This document shows positions 9,097 through 17,112 of a stretch of DNA of 60,096 nt, piece by piece. Under the pieces are notes generated by a model that saw only the letters and a list, made by a program, of their open reading frames with translations, searched no databases and was not told the DNA's origin. The position numbers and the translations under genes were made by a program. Origin of the DNA: an uncultured Clostridia bacterium (lineage in GTDB: Bacteria; Bacillota; Clostridia; UMGS1883); assembly GCA_947630975.1 (NCBI GenBank), contig CANRJP010000004.1:1-60096 (forward strand). The letters are read 5' to 3'. The number at the start of each line of letters is the position of its first letter. The stretch's first letter is position 1.

Positions 9097-9522
9097 TTAG
9101 CAAATGTCTTCATGGGGAGCTACAGCCATAACAGTTTTCACGTTTCCGTCCTTGTCCATAAATTTCTCCTCAACGCTGTTGTCTGCGTAACGGTACGTAC
9201 CGATTTGTTTCCATTGCCTTGATCTCTCCGCTTCTTGTTCCTTTTCCTGCGCCTGTCTTTGCAGCTTTTTAAGGCGAACAAATTCATTTCCCGTAAGGCT
9301 TTTGCGCGGTTCAGACAGTGCATAATCGCTGATGTAGAAAGATGTAAACTCACGGTGCCATCCTGCGTTGAGCCAATGGTGTGTAACTTTTTCCGCATAG
9401 GCAATTAATTCTGCGTCATTTTCAATCGGCCCAAGATGACGTGCTTTATAAACAAATTCATCACGGCTATATGTGGGTTGACCGTTAACATACCCATAAA
9501 CATTGGATTCAAATTTCATCAT
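9097..9522 (-). CDS. Phage hypothetical protein
   Basis: 141-aa ORF with RBS. Confidence 0.75.
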   Translation of the reverse strand: MMKFESNVYGYVNGQPTYSRDEFVYKARHLGPIENDAELIAYAEKVTHHWLNAGWHREFTSFYISDYALSEPRKSLTGNEFVRLKKLQRQAQEKEQEAERSRQWKQIGTYRYADNSVEEKFMDKDGNVKTVMAVAPHEDIC

Positions 9523-9563
9523 TGCTTTTCCTTTCTCCCCGAAGGGTCGTTACTCTGTGTTCG

Positions 9564-9920
9564 TTAATTCATTACCCGCAATACAATGACGTTTTCCAAT
9601 TTCATAGGGTCAAAATCCAGTTCATGAATTTGGTTAGGATAGTCGCGGGCAATATCCGTAATCACGTCGCCCCAGTCATACAAATCGGCGCTACTGTTGT
9701 ATGCGTTAATCAGTTTTTTGTATTCCGCTTCGCAATCGGGATCAGTGTCCCAGCCATAAGCCCTGTCCTTGACATACGCCTTGACTGCGAACAGGTCAGC
9801 ACCGGAAAGACAGTCCCTACCGTTAAACAGTGACGGGACTACCCGGTACTGCTCGCCGTTGGTGCAAATTATAAAGTCGCCAAAAATCGCTGTGTCTGTG
9901 GTAAAATAGTATTTAGTCAT
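9564..9920 (-). CDS. Phage hypothetical protein (acidic)
   Basis: 118-aa ORF with RBS, downstream of the ribozyme. Confidence 0.75.
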   Translation of the reverse strand: MTKYYFTTDTAIFGDFIICTNGEQYRVVPSLFNGRDCLSGADLFAVKAYVKDRAYGWDTDPDCEAEYKKLINAYNSSADLYDWGDVITDIARDYPNQIHELDFDPMKLENVIVLRVMN

Positions 9921-9950
9921 GGTAAACGTCCTTTCTTTTTTTACGTTATA

Positions 9951-10015
9951 TGCCCTGCCATCGTCAGATCAGGGGAGGGCACCCTCTGATGACGGGCCGT
10001 GCGGCCCGTTTCGGC
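9951..10015 (-). ncRNA. Type II hammerhead ribozyme with loop I/3'-tail pseudoknot
   Basis: GCC-GAAA-CGGGCC(GCAC)GGCCCG-UC/AUCAG...CUGAU-CUGACGA-UGGC; loop UGCCCU can pair with the downstream AGGGCA. Confidence 0.88.
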
Positions 10016-10363
10016 TTATACGGATGGTTCAAGTTCAACGTCAACTTCAGGTTCAAGTTCGTCATCCACCGCAAGATGCGCGGGAATAACCAGAGCAGTT
10101 TCCGCTGTTTCGTCCGTTCCTTGAAGACGCCTGTCATGATAATTCTTAAATGCTCTCGCTGCCAGTTTTGAAAAATCCTCTATCGTGTCACGATAAAGCT
10201 GTCCTGCCGGGATTTCTTCAGCCAAGCACTGACGGAATAAATCGGGGTCTTGCGGTTTGCGGCGTTCAATTAAATCTTCCAACATTGCGTTATAAATTGC
10301 GCCGCTTGCTTCCTGGTTAATGTCATCCACCTTTTTTAAAATGTTGATGCTGATGTTTGCCAT
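10016..10363 (-). CDS. Acidic hypothetical protein, first gene of the accessory operon
   Basis: AGGAGG RBS before MANISINIL. Confidence 0.75.
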   Translation of the reverse strand: MANISINILKKVDDINQEASGAIYNAMLEDLIERRKPQDPDLFRQCLAEEIPAGQLYRDTIEDFSKLAARAFKNYHDRRLQGTDETAETALVIPAHLAVDDELEPEVDVELEPSV

Positions 10364-10390
10364 AATTGATAGCCTCCTGTTTTTTTGTTT

Positions 10391-10471
10391 AGTGAAATAT
10401 TTTTCACTGTGGTTACAGTATAGCACAGTTTATTTTACTTGTCAAGTGCTTTTAGTAAAAAACTTTTCACT
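10391..10471 (-). promoter_or_regulatory. sigmaA promoter overlapped by three putative repressor operators
   Basis: TTGACA(10445-10440)-17-TATACT(10422-10417); AGTGAA-N6-TTCACT at 10391-10408, variants at 10422-10439 and 10454-10471. Confidence 0.8.
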
Positions 10472-10500
10472 TTTTGTGAATTTTTTGTGAACGCCCAATA

Positions 10501-10746
10501 GTTACACTTTTTACGCGCGCGTATAGACATATATGAATTAGGCAGATTAGGCAGTTGTGTATCCCTCTAATCTCTCTAATTCATAGGTATATTAGGAATT
10601 TATGTAACATTGTAGACAAGAGCATTTTTTCTGTGCAATATCCGCATTTATAGCGTCTACATAATAGGTAACTTTTTTGTAACACCGTAACAGAAAAATG
10701 TTACACGTTACATATTTGTAACGCCGATGTAACGCCATTTGTAACA
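10501..10746. repeat. Second copy of the iteron-rich putative origin
   Basis: Direct repeat of 43535-43779; about 10 GTAAC/GTTAC pentamers. Confidence 0.85.
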
Positions 10747-10761
10747 TAAATAATGCACGAA

Positions 10762-10794
10762 AAAAGCCGACAGACGTTAATTCTGTCGGCTTTT
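10762..10794 (-). terminator. Terminator at the end of the late/lysis operon
   Basis: aaaagccgacaga-N7-tctgtcggctttt. Confidence 0.85.
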
Positions 10795-10802
10795 GGCTGT
10801 GT

Positions 10803-11060
10803 TTATTTCCTATTACTTATTTGGGCCACATACTGGCCATAGCTTAAACCGCATTTGCGGGCTTCAGCATTTATTTCTCCCAGTGATTGAGATTGCAAGG
10901 GCGGTTCAGTTGCAAATTCGTATGGAGCGTTCAATCCCTGACGGTGTAATGTTTTCCGCCTCTGAGCGCAGTAATTACCACATATTTTGCGTCTATTACT
11001 GTTAGCAGGTATTTTTCGCCCACAAACAATACAAAATTTAATCTTACCGTCACCCGCCAT
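10803..11060 (-). CDS. Small zinc-finger phage protein
   Basis: CIVCG...ICGNYC...GLSYGQYVA. Confidence 0.75.
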   Translation of the reverse strand: MAGDGKIKFCIVCGRKIPANSNRRKICGNYCAQRRKTLHRQGLNAPYEFATEPPLQSQSLGEINAEARKCGLSYGQYVAQISNRK

Positions 11061-11063
11061 AAC

Positions 11064-12011
11064 TCATTCTCCTTTGATGTATTTGATGGCTTTTCTTACC
11101 ATCGCCGCTACTTCAGCACGTGTAGCCGCCTCATCTGGCTTGAATAGACCGGTATTCTGACCGTCAACGGATGTGCCGCTAACGATGCCCATATTGGCAA
11201 GATCAGTAATATCCTGTTCTGCCCAATGCCCAGAAATGTCACTGAACATATTCTTTTTTGCCCCCTTTACCAATCCAGATAAGCAAGCATAATAACGTGT
11301 GCCGTTTTGAACAAATCGCGCCCAAGCGCCATCTGTTTTATCAATATTAAGTACGGTTCCTATAGGAGCCTGTTCATAAATACTGTAACTCGTTCCGGCA
11401 CCGTTGCGAATATTAAGGTAGCCGTCCGGATCAGTCACGGTGTACGCCTCAGTAGGCTGCTGGGGCGTGAGAAACGTCGGTTTATGAATGACGAAATAGT
11501 ATTTGACCTCAGACTTAAACACGCTCCAGGAGGCGCAGAGCCGGTTTGCTGCGGTGCTGGCAGGGTCGTTTATTAGAACATTATCGTTGCTGTCTATGCC
11601 GTACCACAATATAAAATGACCGCTCGACGTCCAACGCCCTTTACCCATACAGGCGATAACATAGTCGCCGCCTTTAACCGCATTATAAGCAGTTAAGTGC
11701 GCCGCTGCACTTGCATTTTTATATAGGCTTGAATAATTAAGCTGGTCACATATCAGCCCAAACCGTTTAAAATACGGTGCGAAGAAAGCGTAATAGGTTC
11801 CTTGTCCGGTGGCCTTATAGCCGTTTGCCATTGCCCATTGACACGCGGTAAGTGGATTTTCATCTGATTTGGCCCATTCCGCAACTACCATTGACGCGGC
11901 TGTAGGACCACAACCGGACCCTCCAATGGTGGTGTTTTCCGCTTGTGTAGCGTACTTCGTGTTTTTCCATCGAGCGTCTGTCTGAAGATAGGATACGGGT
12001 TTAAAGCTCAT
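11064..12011 (-). CDS. Endolysin: C39-like cysteine peptidase, SH3b and SLH domains
   Basis: YLQTDARW...SGCGPT...GHFI...INDP; LNIRNGAGT; FSDISGHWA...ATRAEVA. Confidence 0.88.
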   Translation of the reverse strand: MSFKPVSYLQTDARWKNTKYATQAENTTIGGSGCGPTAASMVVAEWAKSDENPLTACQWAMANGYKATGQGTYYAFFAPYFKRFGLICDQLNYSSLYKNASAAAHLTAYNAVKGGDYVIACMGKGRWTSSGHFILWYGIDSNDNVLINDPASTAANRLCASWSVFKSEVKYYFVIHKPTFLTPQQPTEAYTVTDPDGYLNIRNGAGTSYSIYEQAPIGTVLNIDKTDGAWARFVQNGTRYYACLSGLVKGAKKNMFSDISGHWAEQDITDLANMGIVSGTSVDGQNTGLFKPDEAATRAEVAAMVRKAIKYIKGE

Positions 12012-12014
12012 CGC

Positions 12015-12437
12015 CTATTCCTCCTTTTTGTCGGCCTTGTTTTTTAGCACCTCTATCGCCTGAGTAATGACGGGCGGTATAGGAACGCCCATCAATCCGG
12101 CATTTTCAATAATAGAAATGGTTTCATTGGCAACAAACGCAATAACTACGGCGTCTCTAATGAAGTTAGAGCCAATAATTAAATCCAATCGACAAGCGAC
12201 TAATACAATAAGCAGGGTAACACCTTTTCTGCAAAGGCCCTTCCATCCGGCGTGACTTTCCAGCGTACCGTTTTTTGTTTTTTCCGATTTATGGAAGATA
12301 CCGGCGACTATTAGTCCCGTTATGTAGTCTACGCTCATAAATATAACAAGAGTTATGAGTGCTGCGTCCCATCCGCCGAACATTGCTGAAATGATACCCC
12401 CTATAACACCTATAATTGCTGTGACTGTGTTTTTCAT
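12015..12437 (-). CDS. Holin (phage holin 4 / toxin-secretion family)
   Basis: GGWD...DYITG...GWKGL.RK...ANETISIIEN; adjacent to the endolysin. Confidence 0.92.
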   Translation of the reverse strand: MKNTVTAIIGVIGGIISAMFGGWDAALITLVIFMSVDYITGLIVAGIFHKSEKTKNGTLESHAGWKGLCRKGVTLLIVLVACRLDLIIGSNFIRDAVVIAFVANETISIIENAGLMGVPIPPVITQAIEVLKNKADKKEE

Positions 12438-12523
12438 ATTCTGCACTACTCCTTTCCCCAATAGTGATGCACCCGTGTACGGGAAGCTCACGGCTTTGTA
12501 CACGGGCACATCTTAGACGTATT

Positions 12524-12904
12524 TTATTCTACGCTGCTATCGCTGTGGCCGTCCGCGTCATCGTTGTGACTGTCGGTCTTATCAGCAGGGCTGTCGGCTT
12601 CGTCGGTGTCGTCAGCAGGAACGGCATCAGCGTGTTCAAGCTCGCCATCTACGGGCGTTTCGGCGGCTGTGATTTCTTCAAGCTCCGCCTCTAACGTGTT
12701 AATACTTGCCCGCCAAGCGCGACGAGATTTTACCAGCTCGCCGAAGCCCTCCAAGAACGCCTTAAAACAGGCCACAAGGCCGGTAATATTGGTACAGTCG
12801 GTTAGGTTCTCAACCAATTTCATGAGCTGATAATCGGAATTGCGTAAAAGGGATTTAAGGGCGTTAATTTCACCCTCAATGTAGTTCTTTCGGTTTTCAT
12901 TCAT
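12524..12904 (-). CDS. Hypothetical protein, possibly tail-fibre associated
   Basis: EINALKSLLRNSDYQLMK...RRAWRASINTLE; acidic tail. Confidence 0.7.
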   Translation of the reverse strand: MNENRKNYIEGEINALKSLLRNSDYQLMKLVENLTDCTNITGLVACFKAFLEGFGELVKSRRAWRASINTLEAELEEITAAETPVDGELEHADAVPADDTDEADSPADKTDSHNDDADGHSDSSVE

Positions 12905-14082
12905 AATAAACGCTCCTTATTTGTTATTTTTTTCCACGGTTTAGTACCGAACAATGAAACAAAAAGCTGATCCAAACTGTATACAGAGCGATAGGCGTTT
13001 CTTTGCATAAGTGCCCCGCGTGATGACATATAGGATTGCGTAATTTGGTCTAAAGTCATAACACCATTATCTAAAAAGTGTTTAAACTTTTTCAATTTGC
13101 GCCGTGTACGTACAATGCTGTCATGGTCGGCCTTTTGTATTACCTTGCCGGTAGTGGTTAGGAAATATTTAGTTTTTAAAAAGGTGAAGCCCCGACTGAG
13201 TTTGACAATCTGGGTCTTTTTGGTATTAGGAATAATGCCTACTTTTGCGTATTCGTCATAAAGTATTTGTTGAATACGCTGAAGAACGGATTTATCCTGA
13301 TAGATGATATAGGCGTCGTCCATGTAACGGCCATAATACCGTAGCCGTAAACCGTCTTTGATAAGGTGGTCAATGCGGTTAGGATATGCCACGGCATAAA
13401 TTTGACTGTCCTCCGGGCCAATATATAGCCCCATACCGTGTTCATGCTCCGGTCGATACCTGTCCGGTGAAGATACAAAGGATTTACATAAAGCGTTAAG
13501 TTTTTTATCAAAAATATATCTATCAAAAATACCATACAACGGTTTATGTAAAATGTGGTCAAAGTAGCCTTTAAAGTCGATTATTAAGATATAGCCGTCA
13601 TTACTGCCTGTTTCCCTGAAATACTGATGAAGATGTGTTTTACACCGGCCAGCGGAAAAACTGACACCCTTTCCGGCCAAACTCGCACCATTATCATAAA
13701 TCAGATTACTGGATAAAATAGGTACCAGTGCATTTACGCATATTGCACGACGTATTACACGTTCCGCATAATGCAAACTATGTATATTACGTTTTTTGCC
13801 GCGTTCAATAATGTCAAAACTGTAGAAGCCTTGCCGCACATCTTTTCCTTCGTGTAGCTCTTTTGACTGCAAAACGGCGTAATGCGCAAAGTGTGCGTTA
13901 TATCTGGCGACACTTGCCTTAAAAAGGACGCCCCTTCGGGCGTCCCAATTGGCTCGACGTAAAGCCTGCGGAGAAGTCGCTCTGTCAAAATTATCAAATA
14001 AATCTAATTTGGCTCGACGTTTTTCTTCTCGCGCAGCTTTACGTCTTTGGTAACGTGCTTCATGTCGTTCCGCACTGTTCAT
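12901..14082 (-). CDS. DGR reverse transcriptase
   Basis: LIIDFKGYFDHI, GPEDSQ, YGRYMDD, GFTFL motifs; lies downstream of avd and TR. Confidence 0.95.
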   Translation of the reverse strand: MNSAERHEARYQRRKAAREEKRRAKLDLFDNFDRATSPQALRRANWDARRGVLFKASVARYNAHFAHYAVLQSKELHEGKDVRQGFYSFDIIERGKKRNIHSLHYAERVIRRAICVNALVPILSSNLIYDNGASLAGKGVSFSAGRCKTHLHQYFRETGSNDGYILIIDFKGYFDHILHKPLYGIFDRYIFDKKLNALCKSFVSSPDRYRPEHEHGMGLYIGPEDSQIYAVAYPNRIDHLIKDGLRLRYYGRYMDDAYIIYQDKSVLQRIQQILYDEYAKVGIIPNTKKTQIVKLSRGFTFLKTKYFLTTTGKVIQKADHDSIVRTRRKLKKFKHFLDNGVMTLDQITQSYMSSRGALMQRNAYRSVYSLDQLFVSLFGTKPWKKITNKERLL

Positions 14083-14378
14083 TTCATAATCATACCTCGC
14101 AGAGTGTTATTGTAGGGGGCGCGTTGTATGCTCCTTTGCGACAATGACCATGAAACCTGGTACTTTACTGGATTCCGTCAGTTATATATCGCCCATCCCA
14201 GGCCATGCAAGAAGCGTCCGGTCAGTCGCGTCAAGGTATTTATTTACCCGCACAAGAGCACGGGAGGGTCATTTTCTCCTTCCGTTAAAGGAATTGTACA
14301 TAAGAAAACCAGGGGCATTGATTTCCACTCAAAAAGTGTACTCTAAGGCTTGCCCAGGAATGTATCGGAATCAGCTTT

Positions 14379-14517
14379 TACGGAATCAGACGGGCGCGCC
14401 GACCCACGTATTGGACGCCGTATTGTTGTTCGCATTGCCGTTGTTGTTGACATTCGTCCAATTCGTAGTGTTGTCAGCGCGAGGACTGAGCAGCCACCAG
14501 TTGTTACGGCTACCGGA
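14379..14517 (-). repeat. DGR template repeat (TR)
   Basis: 139 bp with 13 AAY codons; differs from VR1 at 17 positions, all TR adenines. Confidence 0.97.
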
Positions 14518-14548
14518 ACCCCGATAAAGCAGAAAATAACCCGTGCGT

Positions 14549-15001
14549 TTATGTTCTCTGAAGAAGTTTAGTTCGTTTCTTCCAGCCTTTTAACAGAATT
14601 TCTTCCCGGCTGAGAAGTTCACTTATACGGTTTATGTGATATTCCAGTCGGCGTCTCTCAGCGTTGTTTTCGTCTTTGTGCAATGTTTCCCACCAAAGGT
14701 CTTCCATCAGCTCTTGAAGGCAATCGAAAAGTTTTTCACACATAATGATACAACCGTTTTGCAGCTCATGACGCTGCGCCAGCATTTCAACGGTGTACGG
14801 ATATATGGCGTTGGCCTCAACTATGTCATCAAGAAGCTGACGGACCTTTTTCAAAATGGGAACGGTGTATAACGCTCGCCATTTTTTCGGGACGTTTTTC
14901 TCGTTACGCAAAAACAGTGACATTTCGTGCCGGAGGTCCACCGCATTGCGGTAAAACTCCATTTCGGATATGCCTCGCTGCCGCTGTAATACGTTACTCA
15001 T
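14549..15001 (-). CDS. avd: DGR accessory variability determinant (Avd-like)
   Basis: 150-aa helical protein between target and TR; IVEANAIYP...LLKGWKK pattern. Confidence 0.85.
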   Translation of the reverse strand: MSNVLQRQRGISEMEFYRNAVDLRHEMSLFLRNEKNVPKKWRALYTVPILKKVRQLLDDIVEANAIYPYTVEMLAQRHELQNGCIIMCEKLFDCLQELMEDLWWETLHKDENNAERRRLEYHINRISELLSREEILLKGWKKRTKLLQRT

Positions 15002-15017
15002 ACACTTTTTTCCTCAA

Positions 15018-15038
15018 CCGCGCCCACAAGGGGCGCGG
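15018..15038. promoter_or_regulatory. DGR hairpin downstream of VR1
   Basis: CCGCGCCC-acaag-GGGCGCGG (8-bp GC stem, 5-nt loop), 12 nt after the target stop codon. Confidence 0.85.
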
Positions 15039-15050
15039 ATACAAAAAGAT

Positions 15051-15947
15051 TTATGCGATACGGAAGCAGACGGGCGCGCCGACCCACGTATAGGACGCCG
15101 TAGTGGCGTACGCACGGCCGCCGCTGCCGACATTCGTCCAATACGTAGTGTAGTCAGCGCGAGGACTGAGCAGCCACCAGCTGTTACGGCCACCGGAGCG
15201 CAATTTAACACGGTTGTAAATGTTATGCGCAAATATAGGGTACTGTACCGCGGAGAGTGTCGCGTAAAGGGTATTGGCCCATACGCCCGAACCGTATACC
15301 TCAAATTCATTAGGAAGCCAGAGCTTACCGATAGACGCCCAGGCACCGGCATTACTTTCCGTGAGAAGACCGGAAGCGGAATACCGCTTTTCAAGATACA
15401 GCTTTTTCTCAGCGATAACACTTTTCAGGTTATCAGGCAGGAAGTAATACACGCCATCCTTTGTGTAGTCCACCTCTTTCATCTCAGGAGCAAGCGTCTT
15501 TGCGTTGGGAACAGAACCGGACAAACTGTTGAGCCAATGATACAAGTCGGACGCAAGCCAGGGATGCTCCTGCGTGGAAACGCCGTTGTTATAGTCAACA
15601 GGATTAGCAGGGTGGAGGGTGGGCCATAGCTCCCGCGAGATGAAATCAATATGGTGGCCGACAGCGGTATCGGCAAAATTACGATATGTGTCAATACCTG
15701 CGACTTCCATTTTCAGCGATACGCTGTTAGTAGTTTTGAGGGGAATATAGTCCTTTACGTGAATACCGATGTAATTTCCGGCCTTTATACGCGCCTGTAT
15801 CCATTTCCACGGATTGCCGCTATATGTAGAACCGTTTATCTCATCGGAAAATTTTACCGTCAAGTCTTCGCCCTCATAATACCGATCTCCATCAAAGCCC
15901 AGCAAAGGCTGGGCTTCGCTGTTATTGATATTAATTCTGTCAATCAT
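15051..15947 (-). CDS. DGR target protein (C-type-lectin-fold/DUF6273-like), probable receptor-binding protein
   Basis: KLWLPNEFEVYG...WWLLSP...GAPVCFRI; VR1 at the 3' end; located at the end of the tail module. Confidence 0.88.
   Translation of the reverse strand: MIDRININNSEAQPLLGFDGDRYYEGEDLTVKFSDEINGSTYSGNPWKWIQARIKAGNYIGIHVKDYIPLKTTNSVSLKMEVAGIDTYRNFADTAVGHHIDFISRELWPTLHPANPVDYNNGVSTQEHPWLASDLYHWLNSLSGSVPNAKTLAPEMKEVDYTKDGVYYFLPDNLKSVIAEKKLYLEKRYSASGLLTESNAGAWASIGKLWLPNEFEVYGSGVWANTLYATLSAVQYPIFAHNIYNRVKLRSGGRNSWWLLSPRADYTTYWTNVGSGGRAYATTASYTWVGAPVCFRIA
15059..15197 (-). repeat. DGR variable repeat VR1
   Basis: Colinear with TR; substitutions only at TR adenines. Confidence 0.97.
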
Positions 15948-15967
15948 TAGATTTTTACCTCCATAGG

Positions 15968-16147
15968 TTAAAATGATACAGTGATACTGAGGGCCGCGTT
16001 ATTGACGTCTGCCATAACTTTTGGCCCCCATCGTAATTCACTGTTTGATATGGTGGGGTATTGTATTTCCGGCTGCTGGCTGCCGCCCCCACTATCTCCA
16101 AGCCCTTTTGTGAGGGCGATAAGGAGCTTAATAAATTTGTTGCTCAT
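15968..16147 (-). CDS. Small tail-region protein
   Basis: RBS and in-operon position. Confidence 0.6.
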   Translation of the reverse strand: MSNKFIKLLIALTKGLGDSGGGSQQPEIQYPTISNSELRWGPKVMADVNNAALSITVSF

Positions 16148-16163
16148 GAAGCAAACCACCTTT

Positions 16164-16394
16164 CTACTGCGCTATAAACTGTCCAGCCTCATTTGCGATA
16201 TAGACCTTTGAGGCGGCTGAGGCATTTACAACAAAAAGGACACTGAATGGGGCGAATTTGTCTGTCGCCATAAGGCCCAGAATGTCTTTTCCCGTAGTTG
16301 GCAGCTCGTCGGGTACGTCATCAGAGATTAGTAAAACGTCCATAACACGCGCGTCCCCGTCATTACGCACCAGTGTAGCACTAACACACGTCAT
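16164..16394 (-). CDS. Small tail-region protein
   Basis: 76-aa ORF with RBS. Confidence 0.7.
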   Translation of the reverse strand: MTCVSATLVRNDGDARVMDVLLISDDVPDELPTTGKDILGLMATDKFAPFSVLFVVNASAASKVYIANEAGQFIAQ

Positions 16395-16421
16395 AAGGTT
16401 TCTCCTTTCCGAATATGGCTA

Positions 16422-16670
16422 TTACTTTTTAGAATAGCCCGCTATAAAGTCTTCAGTTTCCTTGATACTCGCTTCAATCTGAGCCTTTTCAGCGCGCAGT
16501 CCTTTAATGTTGGTATCTTCTGTTGCGTTGTCTATCTGTTCGCAAACATACTCATACCGGCGCTGCAAATTTGCCAGAGTGTACAGGTCATCTGACCGCT
16601 CGTAGGTAACGCGCTGTATTTCTATACGCTTACCGTTTTCATAGGTGGTGCTGGTTCTTTCTGTAGTCAT
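16422..16670 (-). CDS. Hypothetical coiled-coil protein
   Basis: 82-aa ORF with RBS. Confidence 0.7.
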   Translation of the reverse strand: MTTERTSTTYENGKRIEIQRVTYERSDDLYTLANLQRRYEYVCEQIDNATEDTNIKGLRAEKAQIEASIKETEDFIAGYSKK

Positions 16671-16725
16671 GTAAATACTCTCCTTTATTATTTTTTTATC
16701 GGGAATGTTCCCGATTTAAGCGTTA

Positions 16726-17094
16726 TTATTCGCTCTCCGTGTCTTCCAATTCGATTATGCCGTTCAAAGCGCAAAGATCGTTGTAGGAAAGGGTTATGTT
16801 TTCGGTTGTCGGCAGACAAACGGTTTTTAAGTCTTCCTGAATATCAACATTCGCCAATTCCGTCATACGATCTGCAAAAAGGTCGCGATTTTCGTTTGTC
16901 ACCTGCCATTTTCCAGGCTCGGTTTCCGTGCCAAGTTCTTTTATAATTCGGGTACGGCCCTCATTATAAATAGCAAGCTCTTTGTCTATTGCGGACAAGA
17001 GCTTATGCACCCTGTATAGTGTTTTTGGTGTTAAATTTGCGTCTGCCAGTTTTTGAAGAACGGGCAAAGCCGTTACAAGTTGACCCAGTTTCAT
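16726..17094 (-). CDS. Phage tail-region hypothetical protein
   Basis: 122-aa ORF with AGGAGG RBS. Confidence 0.75.
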   Translation of the reverse strand: MKLGQLVTALPVLQKLADANLTPKTLYRVHKLLSAIDKELAIYNEGRTRIIKELGTETEPGKWQVTNENRDLFADRMTELANVDIQEDLKTVCLPTTENITLSYNDLCALNGIIELEDTESE

Positions 17095-17112
17095 AAATTA
17101 TGCCTCCTATTG

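Noticed and set aside
10501-10746. CRISPR array
   Set aside because: The repeats are 5-bp iterons in both orientations without regular unique spacers; the Cas4-like gene is the usual phage replication-module nuclease.
12901-14082. Group II intron, retron or Abi RT
   Set aside because: avd, TR and VR with adenine-specific mismatches identify a DGR; no maturase domain or interrupted gene.
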